This document shows positions 10,103 through 19,399 of a stretch of 64,000 bases of DNA, one piece after another. The DNA lies in assembly GCA_965658655.1 (NCBI GenBank), contig CBFHTA010000002.1, forward strand, positions 160,001-224,000, in the 5' to 3' direction. The notes under the pieces are model-generated. The model was not told the DNA's origin, made no database searches, and saw only the letters and a program-made list of their open reading frames with translations. The position numbers were made by a program, and so were the translations under genes. Origin of the DNA: Candidatus Babelota bacterium. GTDB taxonomy: Bacteria > Babelota > Babeliae > Babelales > CAIQNR01. Numbering within the stretch: the first letter of the stretch is position 1; each line of letters starts with the position of its first letter.

Positions 10103-10813
10103 TTAATCGCGCCCAAGTAACCTATACAAAAACGCTTGATCATCGCCTGCTAAATAACCGAATGGTACTAAACCGCTCTCTCCCAAAGATTCTTTTAGAA
10201 TGCGGTCTCCCTCTTCATTCACAACAACATCATTGAATGCTGCTGCTCCCGGCTCTCTTAAATCTTTGTCGGCTGAAGAAGATGCTGCGGTACTCTTTCT
10301 ATCTTCAAAACCTTTTTTACAAGTCTTTATTTTTTTCAAAAAACATTTTGATGTATGAGTCTTAAACATATCTGGCCTCATATAACTACCTTTGCAGTAA
10401 GAACAAAAATAACTGGGACTAGCACCGTGCTTTTTACTTTTTTCCACATGCCTTTTAACCTCATCTGGTCGTGCAAAAGAATTATTACATTTAAGGCACC
10501 CAAACCTAATTTTTAATTTCTTTAAGGCCATAACTTCAGCATTATGTTTTCTTGAAAATTGTTTTTCTCCTACGCTCCATGTCCTTGTACGTGGAACGTA
10601 AGTTAACAGTTCTTGAGCTTTCTTCTTATAATTATCTTCTGTTAAGCCTTTATCGTAAGGCAGCAATAAATTATATCCATCCATTTCATAAGACATATAT
10701 TCAGAATGAGATTGCGTTTTTTTTCCCTCTAAAGGAATATTTGCAGCCGAAATGTTAGTAATAGATAAAATAATTCCACTAAAAATAATAAAAAAACTGT
10801 TTTTATTCTGCAT
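10103..10813 (-). CDS. exported C2H2/C2HC zinc-finger protein
   Basis: Signal peptide ending NISA; CLKC-x12-H-x6-H and CSYC-x12-H-x3-C; Lys-rich. Confidence 0.8.
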   Translation of the reverse strand: MQNKNSFFIIFSGIILSITNISAANIPLEGKKTQSHSEYMSYEMDGYNLLLPYDKGLTEDNYKKKAQELLTYVPRTRTWSVGEKQFSRKHNAEVMALKKLKIRFGCLKCNNSFARPDEVKRHVEKSKKHGASPSYFCSYCKGSYMRPDMFKTHTSKCFLKKIKTCKKGFEDRKSTAASSSADKDLREPGAAAFNDVVVNEEGDRILKESLGESGLVPFGYLAGDDQAFLYRLLGRD

Positions 10814-10912
10814 TAAAAATTGCTTTCTTTAGTTGTTGCTGATCTTCCACTGAATCATCCTTACCCTCTGCTTTATTATTCTGAGTAGGATGAAAGTTTT
10901 TATACGAAAACC

Positions 10913-11635
10913 TTAATCACGCTCCAGTGAACTATCCAAAAACGCTGGGTCATCGCCTTCTAAATAACCGAATGATACTAAACCGCTCTCTCCCAAAAAT
11001 TCTTTTAGAATGCAATTTGCCTTTTCATTCAAAAAAACATCATTGAATGCTGCTGCTCCCGGCTCTCTTGAATCTTTGTCAGCCGAAGAAGGTGCTGCAG
11101 CGCCCTCTCCATCTTCCATTTGTTTTTCTAAAGTATCTTTTTTTCCCCAACAGCACTCTTTTTTATGCCCCTGAAGAAGATCTTCTCTCCAAAACTTCTT
11201 GTTACAGTCACCACAACAATAGCTGGGTTTACAGCCATACTTCCGACTTCTTGAAACATGCGTTGCAAGCTTACTTACTTCTGAAAAAGACTCATCACAA
11301 AAAAGGCACCCAAACCTAACCCCTAAATCTCTTAATACCACTATTTTAGCTTGCTTTTTTTCTGTGTATTCTTTTTTTCCTGCTCGCCATTTTTTTGTAT
11401 GTGGATTTTGTGTTACTAGCTTGTTAGCTTTATCTTTATAATTATGGATTGTTAATCTTTTGCCGCAAGGCAGCAATACATTATACTTTGGCTTTTTATG
11501 AACCACATATCCCTCAACTCTCATTGTTTTTTGCTGTAGAGGAGGATGAATAAAAGGTATATTTGCAGCCGAAATGTTCATACTAGATAACATAATTCCA
11601 CTAACAATAATAAAAAAACTGTTTTTATTCTGCAT
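10913..11635 (-). CDS. exported zinc-finger protein, tandem paralog of 10103..10813
   Basis: Same signal peptide MQNKNSFFII.SGI.LS..NISA; CLFC-x12-H and CGDC-x12-H-x3-C; shared C-terminal ~55 aa. Confidence 0.8.
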   Translation of the reverse strand: MQNKNSFFIIVSGIMLSSMNISAANIPFIHPPLQQKTMRVEGYVVHKKPKYNVLLPCGKRLTIHNYKDKANKLVTQNPHTKKWRAGKKEYTEKKQAKIVVLRDLGVRFGCLFCDESFSEVSKLATHVSRSRKYGCKPSYCCGDCNKKFWREDLLQGHKKECCWGKKDTLEKQMEDGEGAAAPSSADKDSREPGAAAFNDVFLNEKANCILKEFLGESGLVSFGYLEGDDPAFLDSSLERD

Positions 11636-12386
11636 TAAGAATTATCTCCTCTAGCTGTTTTTTATCTTTCATTAAATTATCCTCCAGTTCATGGTTGAGT
11701 TGACGATGCAATAGTTGCAACTCTTTACACTGTTTGCTTGGTTTTCTCTGTAAAAATGTACTAATTATATTTTGATGTTCTATAGTTTCTACGTGATCTT
11801 GATAACTCTCTCTACTAGCATAAGAAAAAAAAGTTCCTAAAGACAAACTGCACTCAAGACATTCCCTCTTTTTTCCTTTTAGCTTTCTGCCTTTTTGGAT
11901 TAATGATATTAACTTTTTATGGGTGGAGACCGAAACTTTCTGTGCGGGACCATCTTTGCCTTTTTTCACTCCCAATCCGTTATTCATTACTGAATTAACA
12001 AGAGCACCTTTACATTCTTTTTCTATATGTCTATAACATTTCCCATACCTATCAAAAAGACACTTACAAGACTTACACTTCCAACTGGTCAAATGACTCT
12101 CTACATGAGCATTGATTCCGCTTTTTGCCATTCCTTTACCTTGTCTACCCAAAGATAAAGTGCAATCCGGCCAAAGACACTCGTATCTACCTTCACCATA
12201 AGGCTCTATCCACTTGTCTACGCCTTCGACTAATCCACATAATGGCTTTCTTGTAATGTTATCTATCTTGACCATTAAGTTTCTTCTATCCCTGTATGCG
12301 CGTGAATATTCACATTTCTCATTTTTATCTGCTGCCCCTACTGATGATTGATTAATACATAAAAATAAAAGAACTATCCGCTTCAT
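11625..12386 (-). CDS. exported multi-zinc-finger protein
   Basis: ATG 12386 after ggaagg; signal-like N-terminus; YECLWPDC...HVESH, CKSC-x12-H-x4-C, CLEC...HVETIEH; KGRKLKGKKR basic patch. Confidence 0.75.
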   Translation of the reverse strand: MKRIVLLFLCINQSSVGAADKNEKCEYSRAYRDRRNLMVKIDNITRKPLCGLVEGVDKWIEPYGEGRYECLWPDCTLSLGRQGKGMAKSGINAHVESHLTSWKCKSCKCLFDRYGKCYRHIEKECKGALVNSVMNNGLGVKKGKDGPAQKVSVSTHKKLISLIQKGRKLKGKKRECLECSLSLGTFFSYASRESYQDHVETIEHQNIISTFLQRKPSKQCKELQLLHRQLNHELEDNLMKDKKQLEEIILNAE

Positions 12387-12662
12387 ATGCGCCTTCCACA
12401 AATAAAATTACATTATTTTTGTGCATAGACTTTCCATGCGTTATATAGATATAAAACATTTTATTTTATACGCAACACTAAAGGATAATTCAATACTCTA
12501 AGCAAGTCGCTTCTTATAGCACAAACAAAAATCATGGTGCTCATAAGCAACGTAATGAATCATATTGCCCTCACTTTAGACATTTAGCCACAACCTGAAT
12601 GTAAATACTAGTGGATGTCACCTTGATTCTTTAGTAATTCTAATTCTCCTCCCTATTGACTA

Positions 12663-13229
12663 TTATCTTTTATGTGCCATTTCTCGAGAAGTAGCAAATC
12701 CACTATAAGAAGTATAAAAAGGACCTTTCAAAGATTGCTGCCACCCGTCAACCTCATGATGTTGAGAAGCTATATGTGAAGCCATTTTTTCATAATTACT
12801 ACGGGTCTCTTTGCACACAGCACACTGAGTTTTTCCATATTTTAACATCTCAACATTGCATCTCAAAGAGGTTCTTAACCTATCTTGTTCTGTTATTGTT
12901 AATAACTTTAAAGATGCACCATCTTGTTTATAAGCATACTCAAAAATATCATCCGATACGCGTGCACCAATTAATGCAACTTTCTTCGTTTTACCACGCG
13001 CTTTCTTAGATACACTTTTCTGAGCTCCTGAATCATTACTAGATTTGTTTTTATTTAAACCGGATTCTCTTTTTAATCTTGCTTCTTCTTTCTTTTTTAC
13101 ATCAAGCATTTCAGCCATTATAGAAACTACGCTTTTTTCTCTATCAGTAAGAACAGCTTGAGTACCTCCAGACATAACAGATACTGTCACCAAGCTTAAA
13201 CCCATAAAAAATACTAATTTCTTACTCAT
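12663..13229 (-). CDS. exported single C2H2 zinc-finger protein
   Basis: Signal peptide MSKKLVFFMGLSLVTVSVMS; basic KKARGKTKK; CAVC-x12-H-x4-H. Confidence 0.75.
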   Translation of the reverse strand: MSKKLVFFMGLSLVTVSVMSGGTQAVLTDREKSVVSIMAEMLDVKKKEEARLKRESGLNKNKSSNDSGAQKSVSKKARGKTKKVALIGARVSDDIFEYAYKQDGASLKLLTITEQDRLRTSLRCNVEMLKYGKTQCAVCKETRSNYEKMASHIASQHHEVDGWQQSLKGPFYTSYSGFATSREMAHKR

Positions 13230-13445
13230 TTTGATTCTTCTCCATATTGACTATTTGTAAAACAACAAGATTAAGTCTAACAAGAAAGCCTATCCCGTCA
13301 ACTAATTAGCTTATTCAAGCATAAAAGTAAATAAGGTTAAAATGACTTTATGTGTAATTTAACATAAGTATAAATACAACCTTTTGACGACATGTACCCC
13401 AGGGTCTATACTTATAGAAGGTGTTTAAATCGATTGGGGGATACC

Positions 13446-14057
13446 ATGTTGAGTGAAAAAAATCTTATTCGCGACGGATTGTGTTTAGTTGTTTTGGTGT
13501 TTTTAGTACGCCATGTATTTACGCAACAATATATTAAACACGCATCAAAAAGAACGCTCGCAAAACATGCTGTAAATATACAAATGAAAAAAATTAAAGC
13601 TAGTGTTTCTAACACTGCTTCAAAAGTGAAAAAGCATGTTAAAAAAGGGGTGCGTACTACCATCAATTCAAAACAAGCTCAACTAGAAGAACATACTAGT
13701 GCTTTATTACAACAACTTAAAAATGCACAAGAAGCCCTTGATAAAACAGATCTTTTAACAGACAAAGAACGCACAACATTAGCACTCGACATTAAAACCA
13801 TTCGCTCTCATATTGAACACATAAAAAAAGAATCTTCTAAAGAACCTCACGAGTTGGGATTGCTCTCTGGACCAGCGTTAACAACAGCTAAAGAAGTACA
13901 CAAACGCAGCTTGGATAAAAAGCTATTACAAGCTACAAACAACACCAGCTTTGTTCTTTTAACCCTATACAACGAAATATTGGGACAGGACAAAAAAATA
14001 AACCCCGCAACATCTGTGTCACAAGGTTTACAACGTAATCAATCACTACTTATTTAA
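13446..14057 (+). CDS. membrane-anchored coiled-coil hypothetical protein
   Basis: ORF 13392..14057; ATG 13446 follows a G-rich RBS; one N-terminal hydrophobic helix. Confidence 0.75.
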   Translation: MLSEKNLIRDGLCLVVLVFLVRHVFTQQYIKHASKRTLAKHAVNIQMKKIKASVSNTASKVKKHVKKGVRTTINSKQAQLEEHTSALLQQLKNAQEALDKTDLLTDKERTTLALDIKTIRSHIEHIKKESSKEPHELGLLSGPALTTAKEVHKRSLDKKLLQATNNTSFVLLTLYNEILGQDKKINPATSVSQGLQRNQSLLI

Positions 14058-14162
14058 TTTAGTTATCATCTGAAAGTTGCTGGCTTTCTTGGCTCAGCGT
14101 ATCCGTTACTTCCTGATTTGCTGCACTTCCAAAGTTTCTTCTACCGGTCGTATTTTTTTAGT

Positions 14163-16133
14163 TTACTCGTCAAGGTCATCTGGGTCATACGGCTCATAAT
14201 TTAAATCATCTTGCATACCATGTTTTGGACCTTCAACCTCTGTCTGCTCGGGTGTAAAAATATTATTTCTAGCTTCATTTTCAGCTTCTAACTTCTTCTG
14301 CGCTGCCTCCATATCTTTTGCCCGGTTGCTTTTGATTCTTGCTTCATCAGGTCTCTTTAAAAATGATTGAAATTCTTTTTCTTCTTCCTCTTCATTCAGG
14401 ACTCTATCACCATCATCATCATCGCTTCTACCATTACCTTCCATCTCACTCAAAGCACGATCCATCTCGTTAGGATCGAAATCATTAGGATCGACATCAT
14501 TATCATCGGTACTACTTGAACCTTGTTCCCCTAAATCTAAAATATTACCATCGGTGCTACTTTCATTTCTATCGAAATTACCAAGATTTAAAGTTTGAGA
14601 ACCATCATCGTCATCGTCATCATCGTCGTCATCCCAGTCATCCTCTTCGCCATCATCGTCGTCATCCCAGTCATCCTCTTCGCCATCATCATCGTCATCA
14701 TTATTGCTGCTATTAGACACATTTTCAGGTGCCTGATTGCGATCACGAAGAGCATTTTTCAGGCCTTCAGCAAGAATATCACTATAGCTATCAACAGTTG
14801 CAGCGTCTGAATAAGGTGTTAACAACTCTTGTGCTTTTGTTTCAAGTTTATCCACTTTCTTACTTAACGACTTTCGAGAACGATTATCTTCAGGTAACTT
14901 TTGAATTTTTTCTTTAAGACCATCAACTCTTAATCGTAGCATTTCATCTTTTATGTCTCGTACCTTTATACGAAGTTGTGCATCATTCGGACGAGCCTTT
15001 TGTTTAGCCTCTACATCTGTAAGTTCTATTTGCTTTACACTAATAGATTCCGCTGTTTCTGGTGATATATTGTATATGGTGGCATTACGCTGAGCACCTT
15101 CAACCATCTCTTCTTGTTTTCTCAATGCACTATCAATATCTGAATTAAGATTCTCAACAGAAGTAAAAAGCTTTTCTCTTTTTTTATCAACCGCATCAGC
15201 GGCATCTCTACCAACTTTCCCTAATGTTTTGCCACTCTTTCTTTCTTCAATTTCACGATCAAGGCGAGCAATACCCCCTTTTTCAAGAGCACCTTGACTT
15301 ACCTTGCCATACTCTCTTAAACGACCTTCAATTGTATCCAAATCTGCATCTGTTCTTGCTCTGTCTATTTCCCTTGAAAAACTATCAACATTATTGGCAT
15401 CTCTCCCACTCCGGGTCCACGTACTTTCTGTTAATTTCTTACCATCTGTCTCTTCTCGAAGTACTTGGTTTGCACGATCTTCAAAATTTTGTAGTTGTTT
15501 CTCAACAAGAGCTTTTTGTTCTTCTGTAGGATTGTCTTCTTGTACCCATTGATCTATTCTCTTATTAATCTCATTAACTTTTTCTCTAATTACACCTAAT
15601 GATGACTCTGAAGTATCTCTCACTACACCAGTCCATGAAGAATCTATAAAATTAGACGATTGTTCTATTTCTTTAACAAAATCTTCAGCTTTTACAGAGT
15701 TATCCACATTTTTAGCTTCTTCAATTCTTCCCCTGTCACTTTCAAATTCTAGTCCACGCTCAGAACTTATAGCATCCGTAGCAACCTGTTCATTTGCACT
15801 TTCTTGCTCACTACCTTCCTCTAAACTCGAAGTTCCACCTTGCGCAACGTCCTGTAAACTTTCTAAAGATGTTGAACTTCCTGACGGGAAATCCACCATT
15901 CCTTCATCTGAAGATGTACGTGAAGGATTTTCATACAAACTTTCTGTATCATCATCATCATGATCAGGATCTACATTTTCGGGATCATCTTGCTCGCTAT
16001 CAGAATCACCAGTCTGTCTAGTTATATCAGTAGATACATCATGGTCTGGGGCAACGTCAATACCATCCATCGACCATAGAGCAATTGAAGTACTTAATAA
16101 TAAAAATAAAAGTAAACGAATATTTTTTTTCAC
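14163..16133 (-). CDS. exported acidic coiled-coil protein with WASP-like central/acidic motif
   Basis: 656 aa; signal peptide; DILAEGLKNALRDRNQA followed by (DDDDDGEEDDW)x2. Confidence 0.85.
   Translation of the reverse strand: MKKNIRLLLFLLLSTSIALWSMDGIDVAPDHDVSTDITRQTGDSDSEQDDPENVDPDHDDDDTESLYENPSRTSSDEGMVDFPSGSSTSLESLQDVAQGGTSSLEEGSEQESANEQVATDAISSERGLEFESDRGRIEEAKNVDNSVKAEDFVKEIEQSSNFIDSSWTGVVRDTSESSLGVIREKVNEINKRIDQWVQEDNPTEEQKALVEKQLQNFEDRANQVLREETDGKKLTESTWTRSGRDANNVDSFSREIDRARTDADLDTIEGRLREYGKVSQGALEKGGIARLDREIEERKSGKTLGKVGRDAADAVDKKREKLFTSVENLNSDIDSALRKQEEMVEGAQRNATIYNISPETAESISVKQIELTDVEAKQKARPNDAQLRIKVRDIKDEMLRLRVDGLKEKIQKLPEDNRSRKSLSKKVDKLETKAQELLTPYSDAATVDSYSDILAEGLKNALRDRNQAPENVSNSSNNDDDDDGEEDDWDDDDDGEEDDWDDDDDDDDDDGSQTLNLGNFDRNESSTDGNILDLGEQGSSSTDDNDVDPNDFDPNEMDRALSEMEGNGRSDDDDGDRVLNEEEEEKEFQSFLKRPDEARIKSNRAKDMEAAQKKLEAENEARNNIFTPEQTEVEGPKHGMQDDLNYEPYDPDDLDE
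14618..14683. repeat. 33-bp perfect tandem repeat x2 encoding GEEDDWDDDDD
   Basis: catcatcgtcgtcatcccagtcatcctcttcgc at 14618-14650 and 14651-14683. Confidence 0.9.
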
Positions 16134-16142
16134 AACAAATCC

Positions 16143-16994
16143 CTACTTGCGTAAAACATACCTCTTAAACCACTCCTGCGCTAATTCTTCTGCCTTCTTT
16201 TCATTCTTTTTATATAAAGCTTGACCAGTTTTTTTTGCATTCTTAATAAACTCATCTTTAAATCTTTCTTTAATTCTCTTAGCTTCGATACTATTTGCCC
16301 AACTTTCTTTACCAGCCTGATCTATAATACCTTCTTGAGCAGCTTCCCAATAAGGGGTATTTGCAGCGCCACTTACAATAGCACGTATACCAGATGCATC
16401 GCGTTTATCTTCAATATATTGCGACAGTGCTTTTACATCATCTGGATGAAATTGAGACAAAGGTAAAAGCGCCTCTACCATTGCTTTTGGATCTTTGTTA
16501 AATTCATCATCTATAAATCTTTGCCATTCTCCTCTATCTTTTGCACTTAATAATCCAACAGTGTCGTCTCCAACTTGCGTTGCATTATTTAACATTGCTT
16601 TATCTGCTTTTAGTTGTTCTTTTGCACTATCTTTACCGAGCGCACGGTTCACCATAGAAGAAGCTTTACTGGTATAACTTGTGACAAGATGATCTCCAAG
16701 CAGAACCGCCCCATCAACAACTGTATTTACGACTGGAACATCTAGGTCATTTTCATAGGGACTAGGTGAATCAACATTTAGTTTTTTTCTTGGAGGCGGA
16801 GGTGGACCATACATTTCTGGTTCACTATACTCCACTGGTCTTGGTTCTGGACCATATACAGGAAGAACCGGGCGAAACTCTTGACTACGTTCATTTGAAT
16901 TGTACACTTTATCGTATGAACCTGATTGTAGTAAAAGAGGAACCATACTCACAAAAGCAAACAGGATCAAACCTATACATACCTTTTTATTCAT
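16143..16994 (-). CDS. exported proline-rich hypothetical protein
   Basis: Signal/anchor N-terminus; YGPEPRP and YGPPPPPRK motifs. Confidence 0.8.
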   Translation of the reverse strand: MNKKVCIGLILFAFVSMVPLLLQSGSYDKVYNSNERSQEFRPVLPVYGPEPRPVEYSEPEMYGPPPPPRKKLNVDSPSPYENDLDVPVVNTVVDGAVLLGDHLVTSYTSKASSMVNRALGKDSAKEQLKADKAMLNNATQVGDDTVGLLSAKDRGEWQRFIDDEFNKDPKAMVEALLPLSQFHPDDVKALSQYIEDKRDASGIRAIVSGAANTPYWEAAQEGIIDQAGKESWANSIEAKRIKERFKDEFIKNAKKTGQALYKKNEKKAEELAQEWFKRYVLRK

Positions 16995-17047
16995 AATTCC
17001 TCTCCTCTTTTAATACTACTTAACCTTTTATGTATTCAATCTCACTT

Positions 17048-18550
17048 TTATTGATGTCTATTATAATACTCCATTAATGTTTGCTTGCTATAAACTCCAG
17101 TATCAGGAATGCCACTCCATCCTTGTCCATTTTTTGGATCTGAAGAAGGATCTCTTTTAAGTTTATTTGCTATAACAGCATAATGATTTAACCATTCCCT
17201 ATCCTTCAAAGACAATGCTCCAAATTCCTTTCCCACACGCGTAGGAAGAGGTAATCCTGGAAGCGATGAAGCTTTCCTTATTGGTACTAAGAGATCTGTA
17301 TCTGATTCAGAAGCAACTGGAGTTGTTTGGTATCCAGTAGTGGAAGTCGCTGACAATTGCATACCTGGTTGCAAAAAAGCTGGAGTTTTTTTAGAAGCCG
17401 GTGGTGGTGGTGCCATTCCAGTTCTACCAGTCGGAAGGTCATCAAATACTCCTAGCGCTGCTTGTCCTGATTGCGAACTATAACCTGTAGATATGCTCGG
17501 TTGATACAATGATCCAGGTCCTGGTTGTTCTGGTTGTGGACCATACTCTGCAGGTCTTCTTCTTAACGCTCCTGAATTTTGTCCTCCTGGAGCTGCTTGT
17601 CCTGATTGCGTTGACAATTGAGACTTTACACCAAACCATTTTAATGCTCTATTAATCCCTTCTCTAGCAGCCATATCTGCACCTGATTTAAGATCCCCTT
17701 TAATATCTTTATAAATCTCTCTACCTAAACCTCCAGTTTCTTTACCAATTTGAGTATTTGATGCCCATTGTGCACCTTGTTGAAAACGTTCTCTAGCAGC
17801 ACCCCAGTTACTTGATGTGTTTGAATTTTCAGTAACAGCATTCAGCACTTGCTTCTGCTCTTCCAGTGAGAAATCAAAGAAACCTTTAACCCGTGCTAAT
17901 TGTGCACCTGTATAACCTTTCTCTTTGACATAGTATTGTATCCATTGCTGCACAAGATTTTCTTCTTGTGGATCAACTGAAGTTGAGCTCGCAGTAGAAC
18001 TTACTGCAGAATTAGTAGCAGTTATTTGAGATGTATTTGCACCACTATTTCTCTGTTGTAACGATGCGTAAAAGGAAAGAGTTGTTTGATCTGATAAACT
18101 TAAACTTTGATAATTTGGTTCTGCTTTTAACTGGTCAACTGATATGTTATTTTGAGCAATAAACTGCTTCCATTGCTCCAATTCAGCTGGACTTAAATTT
18201 CCATCATCACTCTCATAACCAGAGCTCTGATCTAATAGATTTTGTTGATCAGCACTTGTTTGGAATCCAGATTGAGAAGCACTTTGATAATTAAGCAAAT
18301 CATTCTGTTGTTCAGGAGTAAAGCTATCAAAACCATCTTCTTGTGCTACGTCATAACCTTTATTATTATCTATCCAATCTTTCCAAGGCTGTGTTGCTGG
18401 ATCACTAGCAACCTGTGGCGCTTCTAGCGATGCTCCTTGATATGTACTAGCACCTTGTAAAAATTCGGGTCCAGAACCAGCTTGCCCATCGGTAACCCCA
18501 ACAAGGGTCAAGATTGCTAACACCAAACATGTCATATTTAACTTTTTCAT
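17048..18550 (-). CDS. exported Q/S/P-rich protein with three short Trp-containing repeats
   Basis: ATG 18550 after ggagga RBS; signal peptide ending GQA; WKDWID/WKQFIA/WIQYYV modules; APPPPA. Confidence 0.8.
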   Translation of the reverse strand: MKKLNMTCLVLAILTLVGVTDGQAGSGPEFLQGASTYQGASLEAPQVASDPATQPWKDWIDNNKGYDVAQEDGFDSFTPEQQNDLLNYQSASQSGFQTSADQQNLLDQSSGYESDDGNLSPAELEQWKQFIAQNNISVDQLKAEPNYQSLSLSDQTTLSFYASLQQRNSGANTSQITATNSAVSSTASSTSVDPQEENLVQQWIQYYVKEKGYTGAQLARVKGFFDFSLEEQKQVLNAVTENSNTSSNWGAARERFQQGAQWASNTQIGKETGGLGREIYKDIKGDLKSGADMAAREGINRALKWFGVKSQLSTQSGQAAPGGQNSGALRRRPAEYGPQPEQPGPGSLYQPSISTGYSSQSGQAALGVFDDLPTGRTGMAPPPPASKKTPAFLQPGMQLSATSTTGYQTTPVASESDTDLLVPIRKASSLPGLPLPTRVGKEFGALSLKDREWLNHYAVIANKLKRDPSSDPKNGQGWSGIPDTGVYSKQTLMEYYNRHQ

Positions 18551-18653
18551 AGGTCTTCCTCCATTATTAGACCAAAACATTATTACTATCTGAAATATTA
18601 ACATGCCAGATAAGTAAAAAACAAGAAAAATATTAAAAAATCTTATTGTAAGC

Positions 18654-19397
18654 TTATTTAGAAGCTATTTTCCGAACAAAATAAGCTAGAAATTCTTTGT
18701 TTCCAGTAGTACCAACAATAGGAGAGTCAATGAGCCCTAAAAGATCGAAACCACGTTCAATAATGCCATTTGTTACTCTCTGAGTAACCTCTTTATGAAC
18801 ATCTTCTTCTTTAATAACACCTTTTTTGCCTACTTGATCTCTATGTGCTTCGAATTGTGGTTTAATCAAAACAATAAGCTTCCCGTCTGGTTTAAGGAGT
18901 GCAGTAACTGTATCCATTACTTTAAGTAATGAGATAAAAGAAAGGTCGAGAGTAATAAGATCAACAAGCTCCCCTACTTCTTTAAGATGCCTGAAGTTAG
19001 TTCGCTCCATTGTCTGAACGCGTGGATTTGTACGTACTTTCTCGTGAACCTGACCATAACCAACATCTACCCCATAAATACGCTTAACCCCACGTTGTAA
19101 TAAACAGTCCGAAAACCCTCCGGTAGAAAGACCAGCATCTACCACTACTAAGTCGGTAACATCAACGTTAAAATGATCAAGCGCACCTTCAAGTTTAAAA
19201 CCAGCGCGCCCCACATATTTAGGTTCTGTCTGATCAAGAATGATGATGTCGTCTGGCTTTACTAATGTACCAGACTTGCTCTCAACCCGATCGTTTACCT
19301 TAACTTTACCCTGCATAATAAAGCCCTGAACCTGATTACGTGTAAGATGTGGATACATTTCTTGTATCCGTTTATCTAAACGTTCCTTATGAATCAC
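18654..19397 (-). CDS. tlyA: TlyA family RNA 2'-O-methyltransferase
   Basis: S4 domain (KERLD), YVGRAGFKL, DAGLSTGGFSDCLLQRG, DLSFISL, LIKPQFEA, GNKEFL. Confidence 0.95.
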   Translation of the reverse strand: MIHKERLDKRIQEMYPHLTRNQVQGFIMQGKVKVNDRVESKSGTLVKPDDIIILDQTEPKYVGRAGFKLEGALDHFNVDVTDLVVVDAGLSTGGFSDCLLQRGVKRIYGVDVGYGQVHEKVRTNPRVQTMERTNFRHLKEVGELVDLITLDLSFISLLKVMDTVTALLKPDGKLIVLIKPQFEAHRDQVGKKGVIKEEDVHKEVTQRVTNGIIERGFDLLGLIDSPIVGTTGNKEFLAYFVRKIASK

Positions 19398-19399
19398 GC

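Larger units (their letters stand above)
10053..11683. repeat. ~810-bp diverged tandem duplication (approx. 10053-10860 and 10864-11683)
   Basis: Near-identical 5' ends, 3' ends and flanks of the two zinc-finger genes (e.g. ccctct.ctt.attat.ctgag.aggatgaaagtt at ~10053 and ~10864). Confidence 0.8.

Noticed and set aside
14060..14135. Minus-strand remnant GSAANQEVTDTLSQE resembling an internal segment of 14163..16133
   Set aside because: Similarity too short and low-complexity to call
14516..14810. His/Arg-rich and Ile/Val-rich ORFs on the + strand
   Set aside because: Antisense shadows of the poly-Asp repeat in 14163..16133
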